64,000 nucleotides of DNA from Bacteroidales bacterium (GTDB lineage: Bacteria; Bacteroidota; Bacteroidia; Bacteroidales; UBA12481), in assembly GCA_041658425.1 (NCBI GenBank), contig JBBAAF010000003.1:14267-78266 (forward strand). Direction: 5' to 3'. Position 1 is the first letter of the stretch; every line of letters starts with the position of its first letter. The notes beneath the pieces are model-generated. The model was given only the letters and a program-made list of their open reading frames with translations, ran no database searches and was not told the DNA's origin. The translations under genes and the position numbers were made by a program. This document shows, one piece after another, positions 18,755 to 29,384 of this stretch.

Positions 18755-21337
18755 TCATTTTATTTTAGGTGCATCAACTTTATATAATTCATATTCATTT
18801 TTAAGGTTTTCTTCCCGTCGTCTGTCAAATTCATGGAGGAATGTTTTTAACACAAAGTCAAAGCTTAACAGATCTGTCTGATTTTTCTTCTCACTATCCA
18901 GGAGAAAAGGCTGATGCTGCTTAACTATTTGAAATCCTTTACTATCAACGCCTTCAAAAGAGTTACTGCTTCTGTATGCTGTAAGCAAATCTTCAAAGAG
19001 CCCTTTTCCTGCATTGGGCTTATCCTTCCAGGTTATCATGATGGTTTTAGCATCCGGACTCACAGTGATGCAATCACCCTCCAATTTTGAGACTTTAGCA
19101 TCGGATTCAAATTTTACCAATTCTTTAAAATAGGGTATTCTAACCTTGAAAAAACGCGGTTGTTCATTGAAAGAAGGTGTAATGGTTACCGAAGCACCGT
19201 TCACGGTAAAAGTCATGCGTGCCGAAATACTTCCAAATTCAGTGGGGGCATTATTGATAGCTATATGTTTGTCTTTTTCAACCCATGCAGGTGAAATGGT
19301 CGGGAACAGATAAATATCACGTTTCCCCTTTTCTATGCCTGCTTTTCCTCCGAATTCATAAATGAGTAAATTTCTGATGATTGTGGCAATTTTTGCAGCG
19401 CCCCAGGCATGCGGAGGCGGACAAAATTCCACTTGCCTGTCGGTCCAGGGACGTACTAAATTTTCAAACCCTTCATAAGTAGAACCACTATGCAATAAGA
19501 GATGATAAAAATCGATCAATGCCTGTTTACTTTCTCCCATTACCATGTATTGCTCAATCAAATTGGCTGTTATATACTGATGAAGGTGCTGTCCGTGCCG
19601 GTAGGTCATAATACCTTCGGCATAACCTTTTCTTACACGATCAACAGTCCCTTTCACATATCTGTTGCCGGGCATCAAAGTTTCTGAAGGAAAAGCAAGT
19701 AACATATTCTCCCAGTCGGAATGTGTCTGATACTCATAAAAACCCCGGCGGGCAGCTTTGCCGGTTAAATAGTGATAAAGCCCGGGCGGAACATAGCCGT
19801 CTTCCTTGACTGATGCCTCAATACCTTTAATAATGCTTGCACTGTATTGTTTTTCCAATGCTTCCCAATCTTGTACATCATTAGTTTCACCCATCTCTCT
19901 GGCTAACCTTATAGCAAATCTGAGTCCGCACAAAGCCCAAAGATTGTTAGTAGTATAATGCCCGTCGATCATCTCGGCATCATAAGGCATAGCAGGCGGC
20001 AGCAGGCCATATTGGTTCTTTTTTGTTTCCGTAGATATATACCCGATCGCTTTTTTGATATTAGGATATATCTCGTTAATAGTTTCCAGATCGTGGGTAA
20101 ACAGGCTATAGGCACATAGGGAAAACAAGACAATGCCATGTGAAGCAGGCGGTTCTCCATTTCCCTGTTCTAATGCCATATCTGCAAATCTTCCATTCGA
20201 CTGTTGTTTCTTTACTGCGTTCAATGATAAGATTTTAGCATACGATGGAAGCCCCATATACAGGTAAGCCAATGTCATTTCGGGTGTAGAATAAAGAAAA
20301 AAACTCTGGTACGGCAAACCATCGGTCTGCACTATTTTGCCATCAACTGTTCTAGTTGCCAAAAGCAGGTGAACGGCAGATGCTTTTTGTGCATTCTGAA
20401 CACATAATTCGGGAACTTCATAAGTTACTTTTTCTTCCAATGTTTGTTCCCAATATTTTATGGTCTTTTCTCTGTAATAATTATAATCTGCTTGATTGAT
20501 CTTTTCTATAAACTTGAAATCACTTTTAGCTACCGGTGTTTTTGGCATTTTAAAAACTAACTCGGTACTTTGATTGGGTTTTAGTTTCAGTTGATAACGG
20601 GACAGGGCCACCGCTGTTTCCTTTTTTACATTATAATCCTTCCCGAGGAATGGTTTTATATATTCCACTCCGCATACCGCCTCATTTTTGTTTGGTTTTG
20701 GAAAGGTATAAATCAGCTTATCCTCACGGAGTACCGATGAATTGGTTATTTCATATTGGTTATCGGGAGAAAATCCAACCAAATCTCCTTCCCGGCAATC
20801 GGGATATTTGCCTCTCGCTACTGTTGTAAAATAAGCATCTTGTACAGACTTTGCTGTATTTGTCATTTTCACTTTCACCAAATTCAGCGTATTTTCTTCA
20901 GTATAGCCATCCACTATGGTTGCAAGCATTTCTATATCGTAGCGTATTCCTTCGTGGTTCCATGAATATTCCACTATCGGGATCCATCCCTTATAAAATG
21001 TCTTTTGCCGCGCCATTAATGGAATATCATTTTTACCATAAAAGAATCCAAGCTCAGCGTTATTGGTAAATAAGGAACCGTCATAAGTTACCTGAGTAAC
21101 TGCCCCATAAGTATAGATGGCTGTTTCCGGAGTTCCGGAAGTATATCCCGATTGGTGCGGCACTCCAATTACGGTGGTGGATTTGGCCAGATAACACCAG
21201 GGTTTGGCTGGGTCGTCGATGCCTGGATCAATCATTTTTTTATAAGAGCCAAAGGCTTGGGAAAATACATTCAGATTGATTAATAACAACGCAATAAGAA
21301 ATAATACTGTTTTCATGGAATTCCAGGTATTTAGCAT
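18755..21337 (-). CDS. Large secreted protein, possibly (alpha/alpha)6-barrel glycosidase-like, family not recognised
   Basis: 860-aa ORF. The likely true start is MKTVLFLIALLLINLNVFSQ at about 21316. The central region has a six-hairpin-like helical character by impression only. Confidence 0.7.
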   Translation of the reverse strand: MLNTWNSMKTVLFLIALLLINLNVFSQAFGSYKKMIDPGIDDPAKPWCYLAKSTTVIGVPHQSGYTSGTPETAIYTYGAVTQVTYDGSLFTNNAELGFFYGKNDIPLMARQKTFYKGWIPIVEYSWNHEGIRYDIEMLATIVDGYTEENTLNLVKVKMTNTAKSVQDAYFTTVARGKYPDCREGDLVGFSPDNQYEITNSSVLREDKLIYTFPKPNKNEAVCGVEYIKPFLGKDYNVKKETAVALSRYQLKLKPNQSTELVFKMPKTPVAKSDFKFIEKINQADYNYYREKTIKYWEQTLEEKVTYEVPELCVQNAQKASAVHLLLATRTVDGKIVQTDGLPYQSFFLYSTPEMTLAYLYMGLPSYAKILSLNAVKKQQSNGRFADMALEQGNGEPPASHGIVLFSLCAYSLFTHDLETINEIYPNIKKAIGYISTETKKNQYGLLPPAMPYDAEMIDGHYTTNNLWALCGLRFAIRLAREMGETNDVQDWEALEKQYSASIIKGIEASVKEDGYVPPGLYHYLTGKAARRGFYEYQTHSDWENMLLAFPSETLMPGNRYVKGTVDRVRKGYAEGIMTYRHGQHLHQYITANLIEQYMVMGESKQALIDFYHLLLHSGSTYEGFENLVRPWTDRQVEFCPPPHAWGAAKIATIIRNLLIYEFGGKAGIEKGKRDIYLFPTISPAWVEKDKHIAINNAPTEFGSISARMTFTVNGASVTITPSFNEQPRFFKVRIPYFKELVKFESDAKVSKLEGDCITVSPDAKTIMITWKDKPNAGKGLFEDLLTAYRSSNSFEGVDSKGFQIVKQHQPFLLDSEKKNQTDLLSFDFVLKTFLHEFDRRREENLKNEYELYKVDAPKIK

Positions 21338-21356
21338 GATAATTATTTAGCGGAAT

Positions 21357-22034
21357 TTATTCAATTCCCAGGCTTTTAATGATGTAGGGTGTTACCAAAG
21401 TTTTCCAGGCCAATCCCTCGGGATGTATGCCATCGGGAACGTATTTCAGGTAATTGGATTCACCTTATTCTAAAATTGGTTTCCAGTAAGTACAGTGATC
21501 TATCAGAAAGAGATTTCTCTTTTTTGCGACTTTTCGGTAGATATCATAATAAGATTCAATATCCGGACGAGCTTCTAAGTGCACTCCGATAGGCAAATTC
21601 ATTATTTGCAGTACGACATCGCACATTGGATTATGCTCTAAAACCCTGTCAATCAGATACTCAAGATTGATCTGGCATACCTTGAGTGATGTTTTATAGG
21701 GCAGATAGGCATCGTTTATAGCAAACTCAATCAGAAATAAATCAGGATTTTTGGATAATACCCTTTCATCCAGATTTTGCACTCCCCAGGTAGACCACAT
21801 CGCACCCTGTGCCATATTCTCAACCTTTACCAGTGATGGATAGCGCTTATCTATCTCATTTTCAAGCATAGCGGGCCAACCTTTTGGGTTTGCCGATAAA
21901 CTGGTACCGTATACCACAATTGTTTGGTGTTTGCCTGACTTCAGATTTTGCAGAAAATTGCTTTGAGCAGGTGTTTTTTTTACTATTGCCGTTAGGCTTG
22001 TTGCCAATAACAGGAAGATCAAATTTTTTTTCAT
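21357..22034 (-). pseudogene. SGNH/GDSL-family esterase interrupted by an in-frame TAA before catalytic block V
   Basis: Signal peptide; block I VVYGTSLS; block III EFAINDA. The ORF stops at TAA 21465-21467, but the same frame continues: ...YWKPILE*GESNYLKYVPDGIHPEGLAWKTLVTPYIIKSLGIE*. DGIHP is the SGNH block V Asp/His motif. Confidence 0.8.
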
Positions 22035-22134
22035 AATGTGTTTATCCTATCAATTAATCAGTAATCATGATTTTCTATTGTGGCATTTGCCAACCAGTCG
22101 GAAGAATTACATCTTTTAGGCTGGTTGTGGTCTG

Positions 22135-23679
22135 TTACCTGCCATACCAGAAGCAGGCCAAAGCATAATTCACAGGGCCTCCGTACATTTGCCATGATTC
22201 CATATCGAGTTTAAGAGAAGTTTTAAATGGTATGGCATCGAGGCTGCGAACCCGGGAGTTTACCGAATTGCCTCCAATCGTACCCATATTTGCATTTCCG
22301 ATCGGTTGACCAACAAAAATATTGCTAAAGGTTTCCGGATGACCCCAGGCGTACCCATAATAATCTTCGGAACCCGTGCCGAAATGATCAGGGAATTTGC
22401 TCCCATCAATGTAAACCTTTTCATCGCCTTCGCCCCACCAGCCCCGAAAGGTTTTAAAAGCCTGCAGAATATCCCCGGCATAAACTCCGGCCTGGTCTTT
22501 CAGATCAATATAGTTGAAGTCTTTAGTAATCTTTGCCGGCATCTCATCCAGCCTTTTGAAATTGGTATGGAAATACATCGACCGGTTGTTCCATTGCCAG
22601 TCACCAATAGCCACTTCAATGGACCCCGAAATGGGTTTATTTCCCTTGTTTTGCAAGCGAATGATCGCATTTTTCTGGTAAGGCATCACCCAAAAGCCCG
22701 CCATATTACCATCCATATCAATCTTCCGATACCAATCTTTTGCTGTAACTAACTGATCACCACATCCAAAGAAGAACCCAACTGGAACATCGATGGTTAT
22801 TATACCATCAAATTCGATCTGTAGCCATGTATTCTTCACCGCTTCATCCATATCTTCCGCCTTCAGCGAGATACGTAATCGTTTTATAGCCCCCTGTTCT
22901 TTAATGTCCAAGGTTTTCGAATCATTGGAGTTTAAAGAAAAGGTTGATTCTTTTGCCTTTCTCTCTCCTGGTACACGGGCGGATAACGGGGGTAAACCCA
23001 TAAATTCACTCAATTGTTTATTGGTATTCTTCAGGATTTCAGCGTATCGGGCCGGAGTCTCTTTTGAAAAGCTTTCCACTTCTGCCTTTCCATCATAAAG
23101 GCGGTAGTTGATATTGTACCAGAAACCGGTCCCGGCATCTCCCTTGGGTACATCACTCGTGATTTTTATTCGTTTGGCAAAAGGTATGGGGGCGTACAAA
23201 TTATGGCCGGGCTGCGCTCCTTTGTTGATATTCAGCGAATCCTGGTCGACCGATCGCTGTGAAAGAGGAATGCCTATGGATTTATTCTGACCGATCAGAG
23301 CTCCCGTGTGGTCAGCCTCCCAGAAAGGCGTATCCTGCCCATCGATATAAAAACGGAGGTTATTTTTCTGATTCGGATGGCCGCCGGTCCAGAACCGGGT
23401 AATCGCTCCGGGACCTTCAACATCCATCAGCACATATTCCTCCCTTCCCTGGTTGATCTCTTTTCGCACATAATTGCTCCAGTCTTCATTGGCAAACCAG
23501 CCTTCTTTGTCCTTTTCGGTTGATCTGCGGTCATAACTGCTGGCCTGTAAAAGGCGGAACTCCGGAGCAGGCCATTGGGCAATACCTGACCGGTCGGTCA
23601 ATTCCTGCAAAAGGGATTCAAACGTTATACCGCCTGTCGTCATTGCCATCGCAACAAGCACAATGAGAAATCTGTTCAT
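22135..23679 (-). CDS. DUF2961 protein, glycoside hydrolase family 172
   Basis: The motif series GPGAITRFW, YAPIPFAKRIKI, MYFHTNFKR, WWGEGDEKVYIDG and GTGSEDYYGYAWG matches the DUF2961 pattern. Confidence 0.8.
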   Translation of the reverse strand: MNRFLIVLVAMAMTTGGITFESLLQELTDRSGIAQWPAPEFRLLQASSYDRRSTEKDKEGWFANEDWSNYVRKEINQGREEYVLMDVEGPGAITRFWTGGHPNQKNNLRFYIDGQDTPFWEADHTGALIGQNKSIGIPLSQRSVDQDSLNINKGAQPGHNLYAPIPFAKRIKITSDVPKGDAGTGFWYNINYRLYDGKAEVESFSKETPARYAEILKNTNKQLSEFMGLPPLSARVPGERKAKESTFSLNSNDSKTLDIKEQGAIKRLRISLKAEDMDEAVKNTWLQIEFDGIITIDVPVGFFFGCGDQLVTAKDWYRKIDMDGNMAGFWVMPYQKNAIIRLQNKGNKPISGSIEVAIGDWQWNNRSMYFHTNFKRLDEMPAKITKDFNYIDLKDQAGVYAGDILQAFKTFRGWWGEGDEKVYIDGSKFPDHFGTGSEDYYGYAWGHPETFSNIFVGQPIGNANMGTIGGNSVNSRVRSLDAIPFKTSLKLDMESWQMYGGPVNYALACFWYGR

Positions 23680-23686
23680 TGTTTTT

Positions 23687-25063
23687 TTATCTCCCGTAGC
23701 AAGAAAGGTCTCTGATTAATGGCGTCCCTTCAGATTTCGTAACTTCAAGCCTGACCGCCGAGAAAACTCCTTCTTTGATGATTTCAATTCTTTTGTGGCC
23801 GATACAGGTCCCGCTGCTCAACTGCTGCCATTTTCCATCTGCCATTCCGGAGAGTTTGTATTCAAGAACCCGTTCCCCTCCCTTAATATCTTCCATGATA
23901 ACAACATAGGCAACAGGGTTCGGAGCTTTAAATTTTACGGTAAATTCATTGCCCGGGCCGGCAGTTTTCCCCAGCAGATCCGAAAAGTTCTTTTTGATCA
24001 GTTGTCCGAAATCTTTTAATCGCTGAACATCCGCATCGGGCACCAATCCCCTGTTATCCACAACAAGCCCCAGCAGCATATTGGTGTTTCTGCCAACACT
24101 TTTGCAGTACTTATTCATCAGTTCGTCGAGACTGCGGAGTTTATTATCCTGATCTTTATGCCAGAACCAGCCTCCCTGAAAAGAAGAATTCAGGCGGAGG
24201 GGAAAATCGGACTCACCCGGGCACCAGAATAATCCGTTTGGATTCCCATTCAGGCCTTTAATTTCGATCACTCCGGAAGCCGAAGTTGTGGAATCAGCCC
24301 TCGACCAGCAGGGGTAGGGAGCTACACCTTCTTCATTGCCAACCCATCGAATGTTGTTTTCATACCCGTAAGGACCCTGAAAAGCAATCGCTTCCGGTTG
24401 GTATTTCCTCAACATCCCCAGTACATCGAACCCGCCTTTTTCAGGGGGCAATACTCCTCCGTCGAACCACACTTCAAACAGATCGCCATATTCCGACCAC
24501 AGCTCGGTCAGCTGCATTTCAACGATTTCGTTGTATTTTTTCTGTTCCGCAGGATCCCCCGAAACTACCTTTCCCGGATTGTCCACTTTCAGATATCCAT
24601 TAGCTGTTGTACTGGCATAAATACCGGGTTTTAACCCGTATTTTTTACAGGAAGCAACGAAATCCTTAACAATATCGCCTTGTCCGTTCCGCCACGGTGT
24701 GTTTTTTACACTGTAAGGATGTGCTTTCGTTGGCCATAAACTGAAACCGCTGCAATGCTTTGCCACCAGAACTGCATAAGTCGCCCCTGCAGTTCTGGCA
24801 GCCTCTATCCACTGATCGGTATTCAGTTCCTTTGGATTAAAAATGGAAAGATCGGGGTGATAATTCCAGTCTTTTCTAAAGTTGTACCCGGGTTCAAAAA
24901 CCGGCATATCGAAATGAATCAGCACACCAATCTCCGAATCAGCCCATTTTAACTGGGCTTTTGATGGCAGGTCCGGTTGGGCATACTGTGCAACAGAAAT
25001 CACAGATAGAGCATAGACCAATAAAAAAGTACCGATAGTTCTTTTCATAATAGTAGCATCCAT
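23687..25063 (-). CDS. Alpha-L-fucosidase, GH29, with C-terminal beta-sandwich (F5/8-type-C-like) domain
   Basis: Motifs EIGVLIHFDM, FNPKELNTDQWIEAARTAGATYAVLVAKHCSGFSLWPT and FEVWFDGG. The probable start is MKRTIG, 5 codons inside the ORF. Confidence 0.88.
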   Translation of the reverse strand: MDATIMKRTIGTFLLVYALSVISVAQYAQPDLPSKAQLKWADSEIGVLIHFDMPVFEPGYNFRKDWNYHPDLSIFNPKELNTDQWIEAARTAGATYAVLVAKHCSGFSLWPTKAHPYSVKNTPWRNGQGDIVKDFVASCKKYGLKPGIYASTTANGYLKVDNPGKVVSGDPAEQKKYNEIVEMQLTELWSEYGDLFEVWFDGGVLPPEKGGFDVLGMLRKYQPEAIAFQGPYGYENNIRWVGNEEGVAPYPCWSRADSTTSASGVIEIKGLNGNPNGLFWCPGESDFPLRLNSSFQGGWFWHKDQDNKLRSLDELMNKYCKSVGRNTNMLLGLVVDNRGLVPDADVQRLKDFGQLIKKNFSDLLGKTAGPGNEFTVKFKAPNPVAYVVIMEDIKGGERVLEYKLSGMADGKWQQLSSGTCIGHKRIEIIKEGVFSAVRLEVTKSEGTPLIRDLSCYGR

Positions 25064-25076
25064 TTCTTAAGATAAT

Positions 25077-28058
25077 TTATTCAATTACTAACCAGGTATA
25101 GCCACCGGCTTTCACCGTTACGGGCACAACCGCTTCATAATCATGATTTAAAGTATACTCACCCGACATTCCTTCCTGTTCCCTGATCCTGACTGAGTTG
25201 CGGATGCCGGTATAGTAAAGAGGAATTTTGAAATCCCTTTGAATATCTTGTTCTGTAGGATTAAAGATGATGAGCATACCCTTGTTTTTCAGCTGCGGAT
25301 TAACGTGAAATATCGCATCCAGATCCCTGCCGGTGGGACGGGAAATGTGTATAATATCAGAAGTCAAAATATCCCGGTATTTCTTGAACCAATCGATCCA
25401 CTTTTTCACCACTGCTTTTGTTGCCGGCGTATCGTACAACCGGTTGCCCCTGACTGAAAATTGGCAGCCGCTGGCCAGATACTGAAACAACCCGATCTCA
25501 TACCGGTCGATGTTTTCCGATAAAGGCTCCAGACCTATTCGTGGGTCATTACTGTAAAAACCGACCAGCTGTAAACCTATCCAACCCATGGAAGGCGCTT
25601 TGTGCCAGGTGCCATCATAAATGTATTGACGGCTCAGCAATAATTGTTGCTGCGGGGTCAGGTTGGCACTGGCCTCCCGGTACCCCATGCCGGTTGATGC
25701 CTGCCCGTTCAGGAAGTACCAGTCTGGCATCGGAGCGTACATGTTTCGTTGCTGCACCTCATGGATCACGCTAACCTGAAACTTCCATTGCTCCCATTGC
25801 GAATCGTAATAACCATTATGGTGCGGATGAATGGTTGAAGCGCAGGCATCACCGTGGTAAGGGCCATCAACGTTCAGCGACATCAATCCGGTTTTATCAA
25901 AGAATTGCCACATTTTCGGGTAATAAACATCCTGCCATTTACTGGCAATACAAACGCTTTGTCCAAAGAAGCTGCCGGGCTTTCCGGTTTTAACTTCTAT
26001 GCAATCATACTCGGCGCCTCTCCCTCTTGAGGCAACCTGAAGTTCGTAACCTCCTGTAATAATGTTCTTTGCTTTAGCATAACCTGCGATATCTTTCCAC
26101 AGGGTAATATTTTTATCACTTAAATCATCATGACTGATACCGGGCCAGGCCTGAATGTCTAATCTTTCAAAGCCCAATTCATACATCTGATCAATAAATG
26201 ATTTAAGTTTTTCAGGATCATGCGAAGTGATGCCACCTGTAATCAGTGATTCCGTTACCTGCGGTGCCAGTTTGCGGTAAAATTTGCGATGTCCCAATGT
26301 CTGACGTTCCCGGTCATCGTTATCAAACAACAACTCGAAGGTGCTGAATGATTCGAATAAAGAATCGGAAGAAACATGAGCCGACGGCCCGAAAAGCAAT
26401 GTGCTTTTCAGCAAGCATAAATGCGGGAATTTCAAATAATAATCCTCTGCCATATTGTGAGTAGCCCAGGTGGAATATTCAGGATCTGTTTCCCACTGGG
26501 TGGTTGTTTGACCAAAACGGGCCGGAGTTGGCGCCTCTCCTGCAGGATAGAGTGTATTACTGCTCGACTCAATAGCATTATTCACCATTGCGAAAGAATA
26601 ATCGCTTTCGATTTGCATTCGGCTTTTTTGATCCTGGGCCACAGCCAACACTTCACACTCCATTTTATTGACCACAATCTCTCTCCCGCTGCTATTCCTT
26701 AGAGTGATCCACTTGCGGATAGCGGGCAAACCTTCATACATTTCATAATGCACATCGACCAAAATTCCGGGGGCACTTACCGGGGGCTGATAGTGCATGA
26801 TCAAATGCAAACCCTTGGGCGGCCAATCTGTGTTTACGGCGTTGAATTTTACCTGCCAGGGGTATCGGGCCTTCGGCTGTTCCATATCCATCCCCGAAAA
26901 AAGAAATGATCCGGGGTTTGCAGTCAAATCTTTACACCAGCTTTCTAAAAAATAGGCTTTCTCGGGTTGCCCGGATAATCCACCGACATCATACCAAACG
27001 CTGTCCAACATTAATTTTGCTTCGGGTTTAACTGCACGGATATATTCTGAATCATTAGACAGATTTTTAAAACTGATACACGTGAGATTATCAGCAAGAT
27101 AAAAAGTGCGGCTCGCTAAACCATTTGTCAGCAATAATTTACAAGTTTCACCATTGTTTCCGGTTTGTAAAAACAATTGAACTTTTTGTCTCACCGGTGT
27201 AATCAGCCAATCTTCTTTTACGGCATCGGCCTTCAATTCGTTGACCGCAGTTATTCCGGATAATTTTGACAGAGTAGCAATTAATTGTATCTGTTTATCT
27301 GTAACCGCTTTACGTGCCTTAGTCAACTCCTCAACATTAAGCAATAAATTTTTACCGGGATTAAACTTTGCCGAACCGTAGTTGCTTAACCTGACTTCGT
27401 AAACCATCCCTTTGAAATAACCGTTTTTCCCGTTGAAGCCAACGGAAAAGTTGGGTGCAATCTCTTTTGCTAATTCAAATGGGTCTCTTTTCTCGCCGTT
27501 AATGTAAACGGTTCCCTGCCTGCCATCACTGATCAAAGCGATATGAATCCAATCGTTGGCAGAAACCTTGGCAATTGGTTTGGTCACCACCTTGCCATCA
27601 ATGACCAGGATCCAATCTTCCGCCCGCTGCGCAATGAGGTAACCCTTATTATTATCTCCAAAAGCTAAAGCGGTACTGTACCGGTTCGGGCGATCAGGAT
27701 CAGGATTAATGGAACTGGCATTGAGCCAGGTCTCCAAAATGAATTTTTCAGATGGGTGGCCTAATGTTTTGTTTAGGCTGTAACCTCCGGCATCTTTAAA
27801 CAGTATGGAACCTTCACCTTCTAATTTTTTATCAGCGGGAGCATCTGCAAAAAATTGGGGGCTCCCGCTTCTTGTCAGGTCATTCCCCTGTCCGCTCAGG
27901 TCTTTTAATACATCCGGAGCAGCCGCAAAAGTGACGGAACCTGCTTTCCCGGTATTAAAATATGCTTTGATGACTTGCTGCGATTGCGCGCCGGTATAAA
28001 TCAAGATAGCTGACAGGAAGGTAAAAACTGTTTTTAAAGTTGATGTATTTGCCTTCAT
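25077..28058 (-). CDS. Uncharacterised ~930-990 aa family, copy A (N-terminal LamG/concanavalin-like domain plus conserved core)
   Basis: Signal peptide present. A LamG-like N-terminal ~230 aa ends ...GYFKGMVYEVRLSNYG. The core is shared with copies B and C: VDVHYEMYEGLPAIRKWITL, NVDGPYHGDAC, HPHHNGYYDSQW, GMGYRE and AVVKKWIDWFKKYRDILTSDIIH. Confidence 0.85.
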   Translation of the reverse strand: MKANTSTLKTVFTFLSAILIYTGAQSQQVIKAYFNTGKAGSVTFAAAPDVLKDLSGQGNDLTRSGSPQFFADAPADKKLEGEGSILFKDAGGYSLNKTLGHPSEKFILETWLNASSINPDPDRPNRYSTALAFGDNNKGYLIAQRAEDWILVIDGKVVTKPIAKVSANDWIHIALISDGRQGTVYINGEKRDPFELAKEIAPNFSVGFNGKNGYFKGMVYEVRLSNYGSAKFNPGKNLLLNVEELTKARKAVTDKQIQLIATLSKLSGITAVNELKADAVKEDWLITPVRQKVQLFLQTGNNGETCKLLLTNGLASRTFYLADNLTCISFKNLSNDSEYIRAVKPEAKLMLDSVWYDVGGLSGQPEKAYFLESWCKDLTANPGSFLFSGMDMEQPKARYPWQVKFNAVNTDWPPKGLHLIMHYQPPVSAPGILVDVHYEMYEGLPAIRKWITLRNSSGREIVVNKMECEVLAVAQDQKSRMQIESDYSFAMVNNAIESSSNTLYPAGEAPTPARFGQTTTQWETDPEYSTWATHNMAEDYYLKFPHLCLLKSTLLFGPSAHVSSDSLFESFSTFELLFDNDDRERQTLGHRKFYRKLAPQVTESLITGGITSHDPEKLKSFIDQMYELGFERLDIQAWPGISHDDLSDKNITLWKDIAGYAKAKNIITGGYELQVASRGRGAEYDCIEVKTGKPGSFFGQSVCIASKWQDVYYPKMWQFFDKTGLMSLNVDGPYHGDACASTIHPHHNGYYDSQWEQWKFQVSVIHEVQQRNMYAPMPDWYFLNGQASTGMGYREASANLTPQQQLLLSRQYIYDGTWHKAPSMGWIGLQLVGFYSNDPRIGLEPLSENIDRYEIGLFQYLASGCQFSVRGNRLYDTPATKAVVKKWIDWFKKYRDILTSDIIHISRPTGRDLDAIFHVNPQLKNKGMLIIFNPTEQDIQRDFKIPLYYTGIRNSVRIREQEGMSGEYTLNHDYEAVVPVTVKAGGYTWLVIE

Positions 28059-28085
28059 AATTTCTGCTTTTTTGGATAAGTAAGT

Positions 28086-29345
28086 CTAGAAAAATTCACT
28101 GAAGGGACGATTTTCAACAATAGCAGTAAGTCCCATCATGGGAACTGCAATTGCTGCCAGAAAACCTACAGCACCTCCTCCGGTGCCATCTGCAGAAATG
28201 TATTCCCGGAATTCATATTTTACCAGATTGTCGACCAAATCTTGAGCAATTTCCAACGCGAACCCTGGATTCTGGCCGGCAATGGCAGGCAAAACCCAGC
28301 CGGTACCAACCGACCAGAAACCACCGTTCGTATAGCTGCCAACTGTTGAAGGGAAAAAGTGTCGTTGCCATCCGTCCGGTTCTGCAATCTGACGGGTAAA
28401 TCCATTCAGAAAAATCGCTTTTCGATTCCGGTAATAATATTCTGCAATGGTCTTTTGAACATCTGGTTTAACCAGCCAGTAGGCGAGTCCATTGGCCCAA
28501 ACATTTATTTGACGGCAATCTTTGGAGCCGGCGAAAAAGGCTCCCTGTTCCTTATCGAATAGCCGGTAGAGATTATTTAATATCCCTTCCGACAAACGGG
28601 TCCACCTATTTATCTCTGATTCCTCAATATGGCCCTTAAATAAACGCGCAGCCCGCTTTAGCCCAAAATGAAGAACCAGAGAGCTCATCAATTCAAATCC
28701 CGTAATTGCTTCCGGGTCATGAAACCCAAAGCCAACCCTGGGGCTTTGAGGATCGACATAGGCCAATCCGCAGGAGAATGGCACAATATCAATGCTGCGT
28801 TTAAAAACCCTGGCCCAGTCATCCTTTCTGGGAATCGTTGCACCCATTTTTTCGAGATTATCCAGGAGCCGAACCCAGGCAGCAGGCAGGTGAAGCGGCA
28901 TAACCCGTGCATGTGGCCGTGATAGGCCGCCCGGTTGCATAACAGGCATTCCATCAGCTTCTACCCGATCCGGGAAACATTCCAGGTCAACGATGCTGTT
29001 TGTCAGGAACCCGGCAATCTGAGTGAGCTTTTCACTATCGTAAAAACCCGGTTGCACAAGCAAGGGGTATAGAAAATCATCCGGCCATATCCCGCGATAG
29101 GTTTCACTGATACAGGGGGAATGCAATAAAAGATCAGTATCAAATACCACCTTCGACCGTTCAAATGATTCAACCAATTGCTTCCTCAGGATCTCCAGTA
29201 AAGCAACAAATTGCTTTTTTTCATCTGCGTAGCCGGCAAGCAAGTCAATTGGTGACAGGGTATATAGGGCTCCTGCCGCACCTGAAACGGTTAAAAAGGT
29301 TCGTCTATCCATTCCCCTTTTCGATAATTCGTCAGCATTTTTCAT
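28086..29345 (-). CDS. TAT-exported hypothetical protein (helical, possibly alpha/alpha-barrel-like)
   Basis: Twin-arginine motif GMDRRTFLTVSGAAG. 419 aa with no recognisable family. It sits between copies A and B of the uncharacterised family. Confidence 0.75.
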   Translation of the reverse strand: MKNADELSKRGMDRRTFLTVSGAAGALYTLSPIDLLAGYADEKKQFVALLEILRKQLVESFERSKVVFDTDLLLHSPCISETYRGIWPDDFLYPLLVQPGFYDSEKLTQIAGFLTNSIVDLECFPDRVEADGMPVMQPGGLSRPHARVMPLHLPAAWVRLLDNLEKMGATIPRKDDWARVFKRSIDIVPFSCGLAYVDPQSPRVGFGFHDPEAITGFELMSSLVLHFGLKRAARLFKGHIEESEINRWTRLSEGILNNLYRLFDKEQGAFFAGSKDCRQINVWANGLAYWLVKPDVQKTIAEYYYRNRKAIFLNGFTRQIAEPDGWQRHFFPSTVGSYTNGGFWSVGTGWVLPAIAGQNPGFALEIAQDLVDNLVKYEFREYISADGTGGGAVGFLAAIAVPMMGLTAIVENRPFSEFF

Positions 29346-29384
29346 TGTTATAAATTTAAATACTTAGGCAAATCTCCTTGTCGA

